NCBI GenBank assembly: GCA_025352625.1 | Contig: JANXSR010000134.1 | Span: 4,754 to 68,753, forward strand | Length of the DNA stretch: 64,000 nucleotides | Direction of reading: 5' to 3' | From: Ferruginibacter sp. | GTDB taxonomy: Bacteria; Bacteroidota; Bacteroidia; Chitinophagales; Chitinophagaceae | Part shown: in pieces, positions 29,241 through 38,470 of the stretch | Layout of the letters: every line of letters starts with the position of its first letter | Numbering within the stretch: position 1 is the stretch's first letter | Position numbers and translations under genes: made by a program | Notes under the pieces: generated by a model | What the model saw: only the letters and a program-made list of their open reading frames with translations | What the model was told of the DNA's origin: nothing | Databases searched by the model: none

Positions 29241-29561
29241 TCGTGCCTAACAATAAAAGGTAAACTGTAGATTTTTTACACCTTAGTTATCAAGAATTTT
29301 AAATTAATATTTTGAGTTGTACAATAAAGAGGCCGCAGGCATTTTAATTGTACCAATGCTTTATTATTTTTAATTACTTCTTACAATTATTTGCATCAAA
29401 CATTCGTATTTCAATCCTCAGAAAACAAATGGTTTTTCATCATAATAATGTTAAATGCCTTAAATCAAAAATTGAGGGATTTAAATCGGTAACGGATAAA
29501 CTCTCCACCAAGGAGACTGGGTACAATAGAGGTTTCAATAGTAAGTGGTTTTTCAGGTTAA

Positions 29562-29575
29562 CAATCAATTGATTG
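29562..29575. promoter_or_regulatory. Perfect 14-bp palindrome CAATCAATTGATTG in the urease leader (candidate operator)
   Basis: Self-complementary over all 14 nt, centred about 165 bp upstream of the ureA ATG. Confidence 0.3.
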
Positions 29576-29734
29576 CTTGGTTGCAATATATAAATCGTTA
29601 AAATAAAAACTTTATTGCAAGCACAATAAAAAAATGAAACGGGTTGTATTTTGTTTTTTCTTATCTTAACAGTTGTTCATAACGATTACTACGATTGCAT
29701 GCCTGTTTAGGTAACTATATAATTATTTTTATTC

Positions 29735-30085
29735 ATGCACCTATCACCCAGAGAATCCGAGAAACTATTACTTTTTTTGGCAGGCGAATTAGCGGAAAAA
29801 AGAAAAGCCAGGGGATTAAAACTAAACTACCCTGAAGCCATTGCGCTTATCAGCAGTCATTTACAGGAAGCTGCCCGTGACGGTAAAACGGTGGCAGAAC
29901 TGATGCAATACGGTTGCACCATTTTATCTGCGGATGATGTAATGGAAGGTATCCCTGAAATGATTCATGAAATACAGATAGAAGCTACTTTTCCGGATGG
30001 TACAAAGCTGGTAACCGTACATGATCCTATCAGGCCCGGCGATTCAAGAAGAGGCACTACAGGGAATATATTAAAAATTGTATAA
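29735..30085 (+). CDS. ureA: Urease subunit gamma (with a 16-residue C-terminal extension)
   Basis: 116 aa. MHLSPRE-KLLLF...LKLNYPEA...VTVHDPI matches canonical UreA end to end. The extra tail [17 protein letters not shown] follows. Confidence 0.95.
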   Translation: MHLSPRESEKLLLFLAGELAEKRKARGLKLNYPEAIALISSHLQEAARDGKTVAELMQYGCTILSADDVMEGIPEMIHEIQIEATFPDGTKLVTVHDPIRPGDSRRGTTGNILKIV

Positions 30086-30113
30086 CCAGTTTTCTTTCTT
30101 TCAAAAATAATAT

Positions 30114-30488
30114 ATGATACCAGGAGAATACATTTTAGCCAAAGGGGATATTGAATGCAATGCAGGCAGAAGTACCATTAAAATTGTAGTGGTAAATACA
30201 GGCGACAGACCCGTACAGGTTGGCTCTCACTTTCATTTTTTTGAAGTAAACAAACAAATGGAATTTAACCGGGAAAAAGCATTTGATATGCGGCTGAACA
30301 TCGCTGCAGGTACAGCCGTCAGGTTTGAACCCGGAGAAGAAAAAGAAGTGGAACTCGTAACCTTTGGCGGCATCAAAAAAATTGTAGGTTTTAATAACCT
30401 GGTTGATGGTGAAACAGCTTCCGCAGCAAGCAAAATAAATGCCCTTGAAAAAGCTACAGCTCATCATTTTAAAAATACCAACGCATGA
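30114..30488 (+). CDS. ureB: Urease subunit beta
   Basis: 124 aa. MIPGEY..., [16 protein letters not shown] and RFEPGE motifs. Confidence 0.95.
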   Translation: MIPGEYILAKGDIECNAGRSTIKIVVVNTGDRPVQVGSHFHFFEVNKQMEFNREKAFDMRLNIAAGTAVRFEPGEEKEVELVTFGGIKKIVGFNNLVDGETASAASKINALEKATAHHFKNTNA

Positions 30489-32206
30489 GTTTACACATTA
30501 ACAGGAGAAAATATGCCAATATGTATGGCCCCACAACCGGCGATAAAGTAAGGTTGGGAGATACTGCGTTATTGATTGAAATTGAAAAAGACCATACGGT
30601 GTATGGTGACGAAGCAAAGTTTGGTGGCGGCAAAACCATCCGCGACGGGATGGCGCAGTCGGCAACAGCTACCCGCAATCAAGGCGTACTGGATTTTGTA
30701 ATTACCAGCGTAATGATCATTGACCATTGGGGAATTGTAAAGGCTGATATTGGCATTAAAGATGGAAAGATAGTTGGTGTAGGTAAGGCTGGTAATCCGG
30801 ATACCATGGATGGCATCTCTCTCAATATGATCATTGGTGCAAGTACAGAAGTGCATGGCGGCGCAGGTTTGATAGCCACCGCAGGCGGCATTGATACACA
30901 TATCCATTTTATTTGCCCGCAGCAAATTGATCATGCCTTGTTCAGCGGCATTACTACCATGATTGGTGGTGGTACCGGCCCGGCAGATGGAACGAATGCT
31001 ACTACGGTAACCCCCGGCGCCTGGAACATTCAGAAAATGCTCGAATCGGCGGAAGCTTTCCCCATGAACCTTGGCTTTTTTGGTAAGGGAAACTGTGCCT
31101 CTCTGGCTCCATTGGAAGAACAGATTGAAGCCGGTGCATTGGGGTTAAAAATTCACGAAGACTGGGGCAGCACCACAGCAGTTATCGATGCTTCGCTACA
31201 GATAGCAGACAAGCATGATGTACAGGTTGCCATCCATACCGATACTTTAAATGAAGGCGGCTTTTTAGAAGATACCATCAATGCCATTAATGGCAGGGTA
31301 ATACATACTTTTCATACAGAAGGTGCCGGTGGTGGTCATGCTCCCGATATCATCAAAGCAGCGATGTACCCGAATGTATTGCCTTCTTCAACCAACCCAA
31401 CACGTCCTTACACCATCAATACCATTGATGAGCACCTGGATATGCTGATGGTTTGTCATCACCTGGATAAAAATGTACCGGAAGATGTTGCTTTTGCAGA
31501 CAGCCGCATAAGGCCTGAAACCATTGCGGCAGAAGACATATTGCATGATATGGGTGTATTTAGTATGATGAGCAGTGACAGCCAGGCAATGGGCAGGGTA
31601 GCAGAAGTAATTACCCGTACCTGGCAAACGGCACATAAAATGAAAGTACAACGGGGCGCTTTGGCTGAAGATGAAAAGAATGACAATGACAATTTCAGGG
31701 TAAAAAGATTTATTGCCAAGTACACCATTAACCCTGCCATTACACATGGTATTTCAGCATACGTTGGTTCGATAGAACCTGGTAAACTGGCAGATATTGT
31801 TTTATGGAAACCGGCATTGTTTGGTGCCAAGCCGGAGATGATTATCAAAGGTGGAATGATTATAGCAGCAAGAATGGGCGATCCCAATGCTTCCATACCC
31901 ACACCGCAGCCTGTAATTTACAGGCACATGTTTGGAGCTTATGGAAAAGCATTGCATGCAACCTGTGCCACATTTGTTTCCAAACTTTCTCTGGAGAAAA
32001 ATGTTGTTCAGGGATATGGGTTGCAGAAGATGGTGCTGCCGGTAAAAAACTGTCGTACCATTTCTAAAAAAGATCTGATACACAATGATGCTACCCCATT
32101 GATTGAAGTGAACCCGGAAAACTATGAAGTGAAAGTGGATGGAGAAGCCATCACCTGTGAACCAATGGCAGAGCTTCCATTGACACAACGGTATTTTTTA
32201 TTTTGA
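30485..32206 (+). CDS. ureC: Urease subunit alpha
   Basis: 573 aa. [17 protein letters not shown] (carbamylated Lys context), MVCHHLD and [15 protein letters not shown] motifs. ATGA overlap with ureB. Confidence 0.98.
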   Translation: MSLHINRRKYANMYGPTTGDKVRLGDTALLIEIEKDHTVYGDEAKFGGGKTIRDGMAQSATATRNQGVLDFVITSVMIIDHWGIVKADIGIKDGKIVGVGKAGNPDTMDGISLNMIIGASTEVHGGAGLIATAGGIDTHIHFICPQQIDHALFSGITTMIGGGTGPADGTNATTVTPGAWNIQKMLESAEAFPMNLGFFGKGNCASLAPLEEQIEAGALGLKIHEDWGSTTAVIDASLQIADKHDVQVAIHTDTLNEGGFLEDTINAINGRVIHTFHTEGAGGGHAPDIIKAAMYPNVLPSSTNPTRPYTINTIDEHLDMLMVCHHLDKNVPEDVAFADSRIRPETIAAEDILHDMGVFSMMSSDSQAMGRVAEVITRTWQTAHKMKVQRGALAEDEKNDNDNFRVKRFIAKYTINPAITHGISAYVGSIEPGKLADIVLWKPALFGAKPEMIIKGGMIIAARMGDPNASIPTPQPVIYRHMFGAYGKALHATCATFVSKLSLEKNVVQGYGLQKMVLPVKNCRTISKKDLIHNDATPLIEVNPENYEVKVDGEAITCEPMAELPLTQRYFLF

Positions 32207-32256
32207 TGGAGGGAAGGATATAATATCAGTAAAGAAAAATAGCGTAACAATATACA

Positions 32257-32757
32257 ATGCTGGTAAAAGAAAAAATAGGAAACCTTGAATTATTTGCTGT
32301 TAACAACAGAAATATCGACTACGTGTTGCTGGATTGGTATGAAACAAATAAACGCATCCTTCATAAAAAGACTTTGCTGGGCAGGGAAATAAGCATGAAA
32401 TTTCTAAATGAAAATCCACAACTCGGGGTAGGGGATATTATTTATGAAGACGATTTTGGTTTGGTAGCGGTTGACATAAAAGAATGCGAAGCGATTATCA
32501 TCCGGCCAAGATCCATGTACGAAATGGCGGCTGTTTGTTACGAAATTGGCAATAAACATTTACCCCTATTTTACCAGGATGAGGAAATTTTAGTGGCTTA
32601 TGAAGCTCCGTTATTTAAGTTGCTGAGTGCAGGTGGCTACGCCATAACACAACAAAAGAGAAAATTAACCAGGCCGCTAAAAACTACTGTAACGCCCCAT
32701 GGAAACAGCAACACCTTATTTTCAAAGATCATGAAACTTACAACTGATACAGCATGA
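32257..32757 (+). CDS. ureE: Urease accessory protein UreE (no His-rich tail)
   Basis: 166 aa. Position in the operon and the GNKHLPL motif (GNRH in canonical UreE). Confidence 0.8.
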   Translation: MLVKEKIGNLELFAVNNRNIDYVLLDWYETNKRILHKKTLLGREISMKFLNENPQLGVGDIIYEDDFGLVAVDIKECEAIIIRPRSMYEMAAVCYEIGNKHLPLFYQDEEILVAYEAPLFKLLSAGGYAITQQKRKLTRPLKTTVTPHGNSNTLFSKIMKLTTDTA

Positions 32758-33440
32758 ACACTGCCCTGCTGAGTTTATTGCAGTTGACTGACCCTACTTT
32801 ACCAATTGGAGGTTATGCTCATTCATCCGGTCTGGAAACATATGTTCAGCAAGGCCTAGTAAATAATGCAAGCACTGCAAAAAAATTTGTAACAGAAATG
32901 CTTAGCCGCAATTTGCAGTATACGGATGCTGCGTTTGTATCCCTGGCTTATGATGCTGCACAACAACAGGATTTCAAAAAAATAACAGCACTTGACATTG
33001 AATGCAGTGCTGTAAAACTACCTTTCGAAATGCGGCAGGCAAGCCAGAAACTCGGGATTCGATTAATAAAAATATTTCAACCGGTTTGTACAGATGAAAC
33101 CGCCGATCAATACAGAACAGCGATTCAATTAAAAAAAGCAGCAGGCCACTATTGTATTGTTTTTGGCCTGTATGCCGCTGCACTTGGGATTGACAAAAAA
33201 GATGCACTGACTGGTTTTTATTACAATGCTGCCGTTGGTTTTGTAACCAATAGTGTTAAGTTAATTCCGTTGGGCCAGCAGGATGGACAGGAGTTGTTGT
33301 TTTCGTTGCAACCATTGATACAACAACTGGCAGAAAATACGATGCAGCCCGATACAGATATGATTGGATTGTGCTGCGCAGGATTTGATATTGCATGCAT
33401 GCAGCATGAAGAATTGTATTCGAGGTTGTATATGTCGTAA
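32754..33440 (+). CDS. ureF: Urease accessory protein UreF
   Basis: 228 aa. LLQLTDPTLPIGGYAHSSGLE N-terminus typical of UreF. ATGA overlap with ureE. Confidence 0.9.
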   Translation: MNTALLSLLQLTDPTLPIGGYAHSSGLETYVQQGLVNNASTAKKFVTEMLSRNLQYTDAAFVSLAYDAAQQQDFKKITALDIECSAVKLPFEMRQASQKLGIRLIKIFQPVCTDETADQYRTAIQLKKAAGHYCIVFGLYAAALGIDKKDALTGFYYNAAVGFVTNSVKLIPLGQQDGQELLFSLQPLIQQLAENTMQPDTDMIGLCCAGFDIACMQHEELYSRLYMS

Positions 33441-33675
33441 GTCCTGCCTGCCCTCCAAAGGTGGGTTCCCGGAGAATGATAATTTGGATACTTTTTAAAT
33501 TGTTGTCGTTAATTTGCCCTATAACTGGGCTACTTAAAATTTGTATTTTAGATATTGAGAAGATTATTTGTTACATAAATCTAAATTTTTAAGAATCGTT
33601 TTTAATACTTCCTGATTGGAAAATTCTAACAAATTATTTAACGCTAAGAACCCTCCTTTGGAGGGCAGGGAGGCC
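33441..33675. mobile_element. MITE-like element: 28-nt imperfect terminal inverted repeats flanking 179 bp of AT-rich DNA, inserted between ureF and ureG
   Basis: 33441-33468 (gtcctgcctgccctccaaaggtgggttc) is the reverse complement of 33648-33675 (gaaccctcctttggagggcagggaggcc) at 25 of 28 positions. No transposase is present. Copy number elsewhere is unknown. Confidence 0.5.
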
Positions 33676-33682
33676 CCAACAA

Positions 33683-34318
33683 ATGGAAAGAAATTATATA
33701 AAAATTGGCGTAGCTGGCCCTGTTGGTTCCGGTAAAACAGCGTTGATAGAACGGCTGAGCAGAGCTATGAGCAAGTACTACAGCCTGGCCGTAATTACCA
33801 ATGATATTTATACCAAAGAAGATGCTGAGTTTTTAACACAAAACAGTTTGTTACCTGCCGAAAGAATTATTGGTGTAGAAACGGGTGGTTGTCCACACAC
33901 TGCCATCAGGGAAGATGCAAGTATGAACCTGGAAGCGGTAGAAGAAATGGCAACCCGCATCCCGGATGTACAGATCATTTTTATCGAAAGCGGCGGCGAT
34001 AATTTATCGGCTACTTTTAGTCCGGACCTTGCAGATGTTACCATTTTTGTAATTGATGTAGCTGAAGGTGATAAAATTCCACGCAAAGGCGGCCCCGGCA
34101 TTACAAGAAGCGATTTGCTGGTGATCAACAAAATAGACCTGGCACCTTATGTAAATGCTGACCTCGCAATAATGGAAAGAGATGCCCGTAAAATGCGCAA
34201 TGGAAATCCTTTTATTTTTACCAATTTAATGAACCTGCAGGGATTGGATAGCGTGATTGGCTGGATAAAAAAATATGCTTTACTGGAAAATGTGAACGAA
34301 CCTGTTTTGAGGCGATGA
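33683..34318 (+). CDS. ureG: Urease accessory GTPase UreG
   Basis: 211 aa. P-loop GPVGSGKT, the ETGGCPH metal-binding motif, and ESGGDNL. Confidence 0.97.
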   Translation: MERNYIKIGVAGPVGSGKTALIERLSRAMSKYYSLAVITNDIYTKEDAEFLTQNSLLPAERIIGVETGGCPHTAIREDASMNLEAVEEMATRIPDVQIIFIESGGDNLSATFSPDLADVTIFVIDVAEGDKIPRKGGPGITRSDLLVINKIDLAPYVNADLAIMERDARKMRNGNPFIFTNLMNLQGLDSVIGWIKKYALLENVNEPVLRR

Positions 34319-35121
34319 TCGCTGACTTACACATACAAACTGCCCATGTTCAGGAGGTAACTTATCTTAAAAACTGTTATTACACTACCCCGTTTAAAGT
34401 AGCCAACATTACGGAAGATAAGAAAGATCCTACCCTGAGGCTGATGGTTATGAGTTCGTCGCCCGGTATTTTAGATGGCGATGAGTACCGGCTGAAAATA
34501 GAGCTCGAAGAAAACGCTTCATTGCAATTGCACACACAATCTTACCAGCGCCTCTTCAGCATGAAACAAAAGGCAACGCAGCAAATGGAAGTAAGTCTTG
34601 CAAAAGGAAGCTCATTCTGTTTTATACCCCATCCGGCCGTACCGCATGAACAATCAAATTTTACAGCAAGAAATAAAATATTTTTATCGGATAACTGCAG
34701 CTTGATTTTTGGTGAAATATTAACCTGCGGCAGAAAATTAAATGGCGAAGTTTTTTTGTTTTCGAAACACCATACCGTCACTGAAATTTTTATTAACAAC
34801 CGTCTCGTAATAAAAGAAAATTTATTGATGCAACCTGCCACTATCGATGTAAATGCCATTGGTCAGTTGCAGGGAAACACACACCAGGCCAGCTTGATTT
34901 ATCTTGATGAAAAAGCTGATATAAAATTCTTAATCGCCGGGGTAAAAGAATTAATGCTATCTCAAAATGATATCAGCATGGGTATTACTGCTGCACCCGC
35001 AAACGGAATCATCGTTCGGTTGCTCGGCCAAAAAGCAGAACAGTTATTTGATTGCCTCAAAATGATTGCCGTTTACCTGCCTCAACACAACCAGCTAAAA
35101 CCAACAGCGTATGCAATCTGA
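34315..35121 (+). CDS. ureD: Urease accessory protein UreD/UreH
   Basis: 268 aa. Operon position, ATGA overlap with ureG, and UreD-like length and beta-rich composition. Confidence 0.8.
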   Translation: MIADLHIQTAHVQEVTYLKNCYYTTPFKVANITEDKKDPTLRLMVMSSSPGILDGDEYRLKIELEENASLQLHTQSYQRLFSMKQKATQQMEVSLAKGSSFCFIPHPAVPHEQSNFTARNKIFLSDNCSLIFGEILTCGRKLNGEVFLFSKHHTVTEIFINNRLVIKENLLMQPATIDVNAIGQLQGNTHQASLIYLDEKADIKFLIAGVKELMLSQNDISMGITAAPANGIIVRLLGQKAEQLFDCLKMIAVYLPQHNQLKPTAYAI

Positions 35122-35812
35122 AATGGAAGTACTGATTGTTGCGGCCATCTCTATCGCCTGCCTGCACACAGTTACAGGACCTGATCATTATTTACCTTTT
35201 ATTGCTTTATCAAAATCCAGGGGCTGGTCGTTTGCAAAAACAGTAGGCTGGACCATTGTTTGCGGCTGCGGTCATGTGTGGAGTTCGGTGTTGCTGGGGT
35301 TGGGCGGAGCTGCCATTGGCTGGAGCTTGTCAAAAATAAGCTGGATGGAAAACGTACGGGGCGGCATTGCAGGATGGCTAATGCTGGTATTTGGGTTTGT
35401 TTATGGAATCTGGGGGCTGTACAGGGCTTACAAAAATAATCTACACAAACATTTTGACTTGCAGGAAGACGGTGCCATTTATGTGTATGAACACCAGCAT
35501 GGTGCAGTCGTTGGGCCGCAAGACAAATATAAAGTAACACCCTGGGTAATGTTCATCATTTTTATTTTGGGGCCCTGCGAGCCTATGATCCCGCTGCTGT
35601 ATTTTCCCGCTGCCAAAAATAGTTGGAGTGGTATGGTTATCCTGATAACCATCTATACTGCAGTTACTTTATTGACCATGGTAACCATGGTGGTATTGGG
35701 ATATTCGGGAATTGCCTTTGTAAAAACAGAAAAGCTGGAACGTTATGTGCATGCCCTGGGAGGGTTAACCATTTTTATTTGTGGGGCAGGCATGTTGTTT
35801 TTAGGATGGTAA
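35111..35812 (+). CDS. Putative nickel permease (UreH-like / DsbD_2-NicO superfamily membrane protein)
   Basis: 233 aa, about 6 TM. An HTVTGPDH motif in TM1 is echoed by GPCEPMIP in the second half, and a central His-rich loop is present (HKHFDLQEDGAIYVYEHQHG). It overlaps ureD by 11 nt. The alternative ATG at 35123 is 1 nt after the ureD stop. Confidence 0.6.
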   Translation: MQSEMEVLIVAAISIACLHTVTGPDHYLPFIALSKSRGWSFAKTVGWTIVCGCGHVWSSVLLGLGGAAIGWSLSKISWMENVRGGIAGWLMLVFGFVYGIWGLYRAYKNNLHKHFDLQEDGAIYVYEHQHGAVVGPQDKYKVTPWVMFIIFILGPCEPMIPLLYFPAAKNSWSGMVILITIYTAVTLLTMVTMVVLGYSGIAFVKTEKLERYVHALGGLTIFICGAGMLFLGW

Positions 35813-35940
35813 TTGCTGGTCAGTACGGAACATCGGAACAGATGCATCAAAAAGTGAGACCAACTGCAACTGTTATCTTTTTGAATCCATCATATTTGAT
35901 TTGAAAGGATAATAAATGCAATAAAACAAGCTTTGATTCA

Positions 35941-35978
35941 TTATCAATTATCCACTAAATAATTATCAATTACCCACT
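35941..35978 (+). promoter_or_regulatory. Two 16-nt direct repeats (TTATCAATTA[T/C]CCACT) with a 22-bp period at the -35 position of the ClC promoter
   Basis: 35941-35956 and 35963-35978 differ at one base. The second repeat ends 3 nt before the -7 box at 35982. Confidence 0.4.
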
Positions 35979-35981
35979 CCC

Positions 35982-35989
35982 TATCTTTG
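35982..35989 (+). promoter_or_regulatory. Bacteroidota -7 promoter box TAnnTTTG
   Basis: Exact TATCTTTG, 32 nt upstream of the ClC ORF start at 36022. Confidence 0.4.
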
Positions 35990-36021
35990 CAGGCAGCTAT
36001 TTTTTACAAAAAGGATATTCA

Positions 36022-37809
36022 TTGGCCACCATCAAGTTTTTTTATCAAACCATTATCAATTACCTGCGCACAAAAATCAGCAGGATACAGTTTATAATGG
36101 TTATTGCCACCCTTGTTGGATTTGTCTCAGGCATGGTAGCTGTACTGTTAAAAACGCTGGTGCATATTATCCAGCACTGGATAGAAAATATCCCGGTTAC
36201 CCGCTTTGCCTATTTATTATTCCCCGCCATTGGTTTGCTAATCACTGTGTTTATTATTCGGCATTTTTTGGGAGGCCATATTGAAAAAGGAATTGCCATG
36301 GTATTAAAAGCCATTGCCCGTAAATCTTCTTTTATTCCTTTAAATCATAGTTACCTGCACATTATTACCAGTTCAATCACTGTAGGTCTTGGGGGTTCTG
36401 TAGGTTTGGAAGCCCCGATTGTTGCAACAGGGTCTGCCGTCGGTTCCAACCTTGCCCGCATTACAGAATTAAATTACCAGGAACGTACATTGCTGATTGC
36501 CTGTGGTGCGGCAGCAGGCATTTCAGCCGTTTTTAATGCACCCATTGCCGGGGTAATTTTTGCTATTGAAGTGTTACTTGCAGAAACAGTGGTTAGTTAT
36601 TTTATACCACTGATCATTTCATCTGTGGTAGGTGCATTGTGCTCAAAAATAATTTTGCAGGAAGCCTCTCTCTTTAATTTCGTATTAAAGCAAACTTTTA
36701 ATTACGCCAATGTTCCCTTCTATATTTTGCTGGGTGTTTTAGCCGGCTTCGTTTCGCTGTATTATGCCAAAACATTTAAAACTGTTGAGAAGAAACTGCA
36801 TAATAATAAAATGAACAGCTATGTAAAAGCACTTGTAAGCGGGGCAATGCTGATGGGCATTTACTTCTTGTTTCCACCGCTCTTTGGCGAGGGATACAAA
36901 AGTGTGAAGCTTGTCGCCAATGGCGGGCTAATTCATTTTACAGATAACACTACCCTTTTTTCCCTTTTAAATGAAAACTGGGGATTAGTTGCTTTTACTG
37001 CGTTTATTGTTTTGATGAAACCTATTGCAGCGGCCATTACAATCGGTGGCGGCGGTAATGGCGGTAATTTTGCACCGTCTTTATTTACGGGTGCATATCT
37101 TGGTTTCTTTTTTTCTAAGTTAGTCAACAATACTCCTCTGGTAAAAATACCAGAAGGAAATTTTAGTTTGGTAGGCATGGCTGGTGTATTGAGTGGTGTA
37201 ATGTATTGTCCGCTCACAGCCATCTTTCTAATTGCTGAAATTACCAATGGATATGAATTATTCATTCCGTTGATGATTGTTTCTTCTCTTTCTTTTTTTA
37301 TTGTAAAGAGTTATGAACCTTACTCAATGGAAACAAAAAAACTTGCCTTGGAAGGACAGATATTTACACAAAAAAAGGAAAAAAATATTTTAACTTCCAT
37401 TGTATTGGAAGATATGTTGCAGGATTCTTATGAGAGTATTCAAATTGATAAAAAACTAAAAGACTTAATTGAATTGATAAAAAAGAGCGAAAAAAATATT
37501 TTTGCTGTAGTAGATATTAAGGAAAGATTCACTGGAATTATTGAGTTGAATGATATAAAGCAAAAAATTTTTCAACCTGAATTGTTTGAGAAAGCCTCTA
37601 TTAAATCTATGATGAAGAAACCTCCTGCAGTTTTATATGCAGACATGGATATGCATAGTGTAATGGAAAAATTTGATGTTACTCAAAGCTGGTACCTGCC
37701 AGTATTAAATAAAGAGAAAAAATTTATTGGCTTTATTTCCAAAACAAAACTATTTAGTAAATACAGAGAAATCCTTTCCTCACAGGGAGATTTGTACGAG
37801 GAGAATTAG
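36022..37809 (+). CDS. ClC-family chloride channel / H+-Cl- antiporter with C-terminal CBS pair
   Basis: 595 aa. ClC selectivity motifs (GGSVGLEAP, GGNFAPS) and a C-terminal CBS-like region. The track start is TTG, and the first ATG is at 36097, so the exact start is uncertain. Confidence 0.9.
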   Translation: MATIKFFYQTIINYLRTKISRIQFIMVIATLVGFVSGMVAVLLKTLVHIIQHWIENIPVTRFAYLLFPAIGLLITVFIIRHFLGGHIEKGIAMVLKAIARKSSFIPLNHSYLHIITSSITVGLGGSVGLEAPIVATGSAVGSNLARITELNYQERTLLIACGAAAGISAVFNAPIAGVIFAIEVLLAETVVSYFIPLIISSVVGALCSKIILQEASLFNFVLKQTFNYANVPFYILLGVLAGFVSLYYAKTFKTVEKKLHNNKMNSYVKALVSGAMLMGIYFLFPPLFGEGYKSVKLVANGGLIHFTDNTTLFSLLNENWGLVAFTAFIVLMKPIAAAITIGGGGNGGNFAPSLFTGAYLGFFFSKLVNNTPLVKIPEGNFSLVGMAGVLSGVMYCPLTAIFLIAEITNGYELFIPLMIVSSLSFFIVKSYEPYSMETKKLALEGQIFTQKKEKNILTSIVLEDMLQDSYESIQIDKKLKDLIELIKKSEKNIFAVVDIKERFTGIIELNDIKQKIFQPELFEKASIKSMMKKPPAVLYADMDMHSVMEKFDVTQSWYLPVLNKEKKFIGFISKTKLFSKYREILSSQGDLYEEN

Positions 37810-37827
37810 AGCAGGAGTTAAGAAAAT

Positions 37828-38076
37828 TTAATCTTTCCAATTTGCTTCAACGCTAGCATTGGTGTAAGATAGTGATTGAACGCCTTCTTCTATATAATCA
37901 TTACTTTTTGCGAAAGTTTCACTTGCGGTTTCTTTCAGGTTATTCCAACCTTCCCGTAAATCAGCGCCTGTTTTAGCAATGTTCTTTCTTGTTTTTGAAC
38001 CTTTGTGTGGAGCAAATAATATTCCTAAAACTGCACCGATACCAACCCCAATCAATAAGTTTCTTTTAGCGCTCAT
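37828..38076 (-). CDS. YtxH-domain protein
   Basis: 82 aa. N-terminal GVGIGAVLGILFAPHKGSKTR motif typical of YtxH. Confidence 0.7.
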   Translation of the reverse strand: MSAKRNLLIGVGIGAVLGILFAPHKGSKTRKNIAKTGADLREGWNNLKETASETFAKSNDYIEEGVQSLSYTNASVEANWKD

Positions 38077-38419
38077 CGCAAATAAATTTTATTATGAATC
38101 ATTTTAAATTTTGAATTTAAATAGTTTATTTAAAAAAGGGAAGCCCGAATAGAAATACAGCTTCGTTTTTGTCCAATATCCTATGAAAAACCTATTATTT
38201 ATATTAAATAACTATGCCAAAAATTTTTAAGTACAAAAACATAAAAAGATGGGAAGCATTTTCTACAATCTAACCTACGTGATATTTTTAAAATCCGTAT
38301 TTGTGGAAATATTTCCATTTTGTTGATAGAGTGAAGTGTTTAAAATATAAAGAGACTTTATTGAATAGCCCTGGTTTTTTACTTCAAAGGCTTTCATCTT
38401 TTTTAAAATTATACGTGTA

Positions 38420-38448
38420 ACAAAAATGGGATACAGCTGTATCCCATT
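38420..38448 (-). terminator. Rho-independent terminator of nagB
   Basis: Perfect palindrome gggatacagctgtatccc (38428-38445), extendable to 38425-38448. On the minus strand it is followed by TTTTTG, and it lies 23 nt after the nagB stop. Confidence 0.65.
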
Positions 38449-38470
38449 AATATAATTGTTGATTAAAAAA

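Noticed and set aside
29337-29352. Sigma-54-like -24/-12 element aGGCAt-tttaa-TTGta, two genes downstream of rpoN and upstream of the urease operon
   Set aside because: The GG-to-G spacing is correct, but the invariant -12 GC is GT. The site lies about 385 nt from ureA, and no enhancer-binding protein gene is nearby. This is too weak to call.
29348-29572. 74-aa ORF in the urease leader
   Set aside because: It starts at a non-ATG codon, has a low-complexity Ile/Phe/Asn-rich composition typical of AT-rich non-coding DNA, and has no motif. The region is better treated as a regulatory leader.
30135-32188. Many antisense or alternative-frame ORFs of 66-147 aa inside ureB and ureC (for example 30569..30934, 31388..31747, 31459..31902, 31802..32188)
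   Set aside because: They lie entirely within strongly supported urease genes. They have odd composition and no recognisable motifs, so they are typical shadow ORFs of a GC-richer coding region.
38275-38397. 40-codon minus-strand ORF just downstream of the nagB terminator
   Set aside because: It is Asn/Ser/Thr-rich with no motif, lies in AT-rich DNA, and has no independent support.
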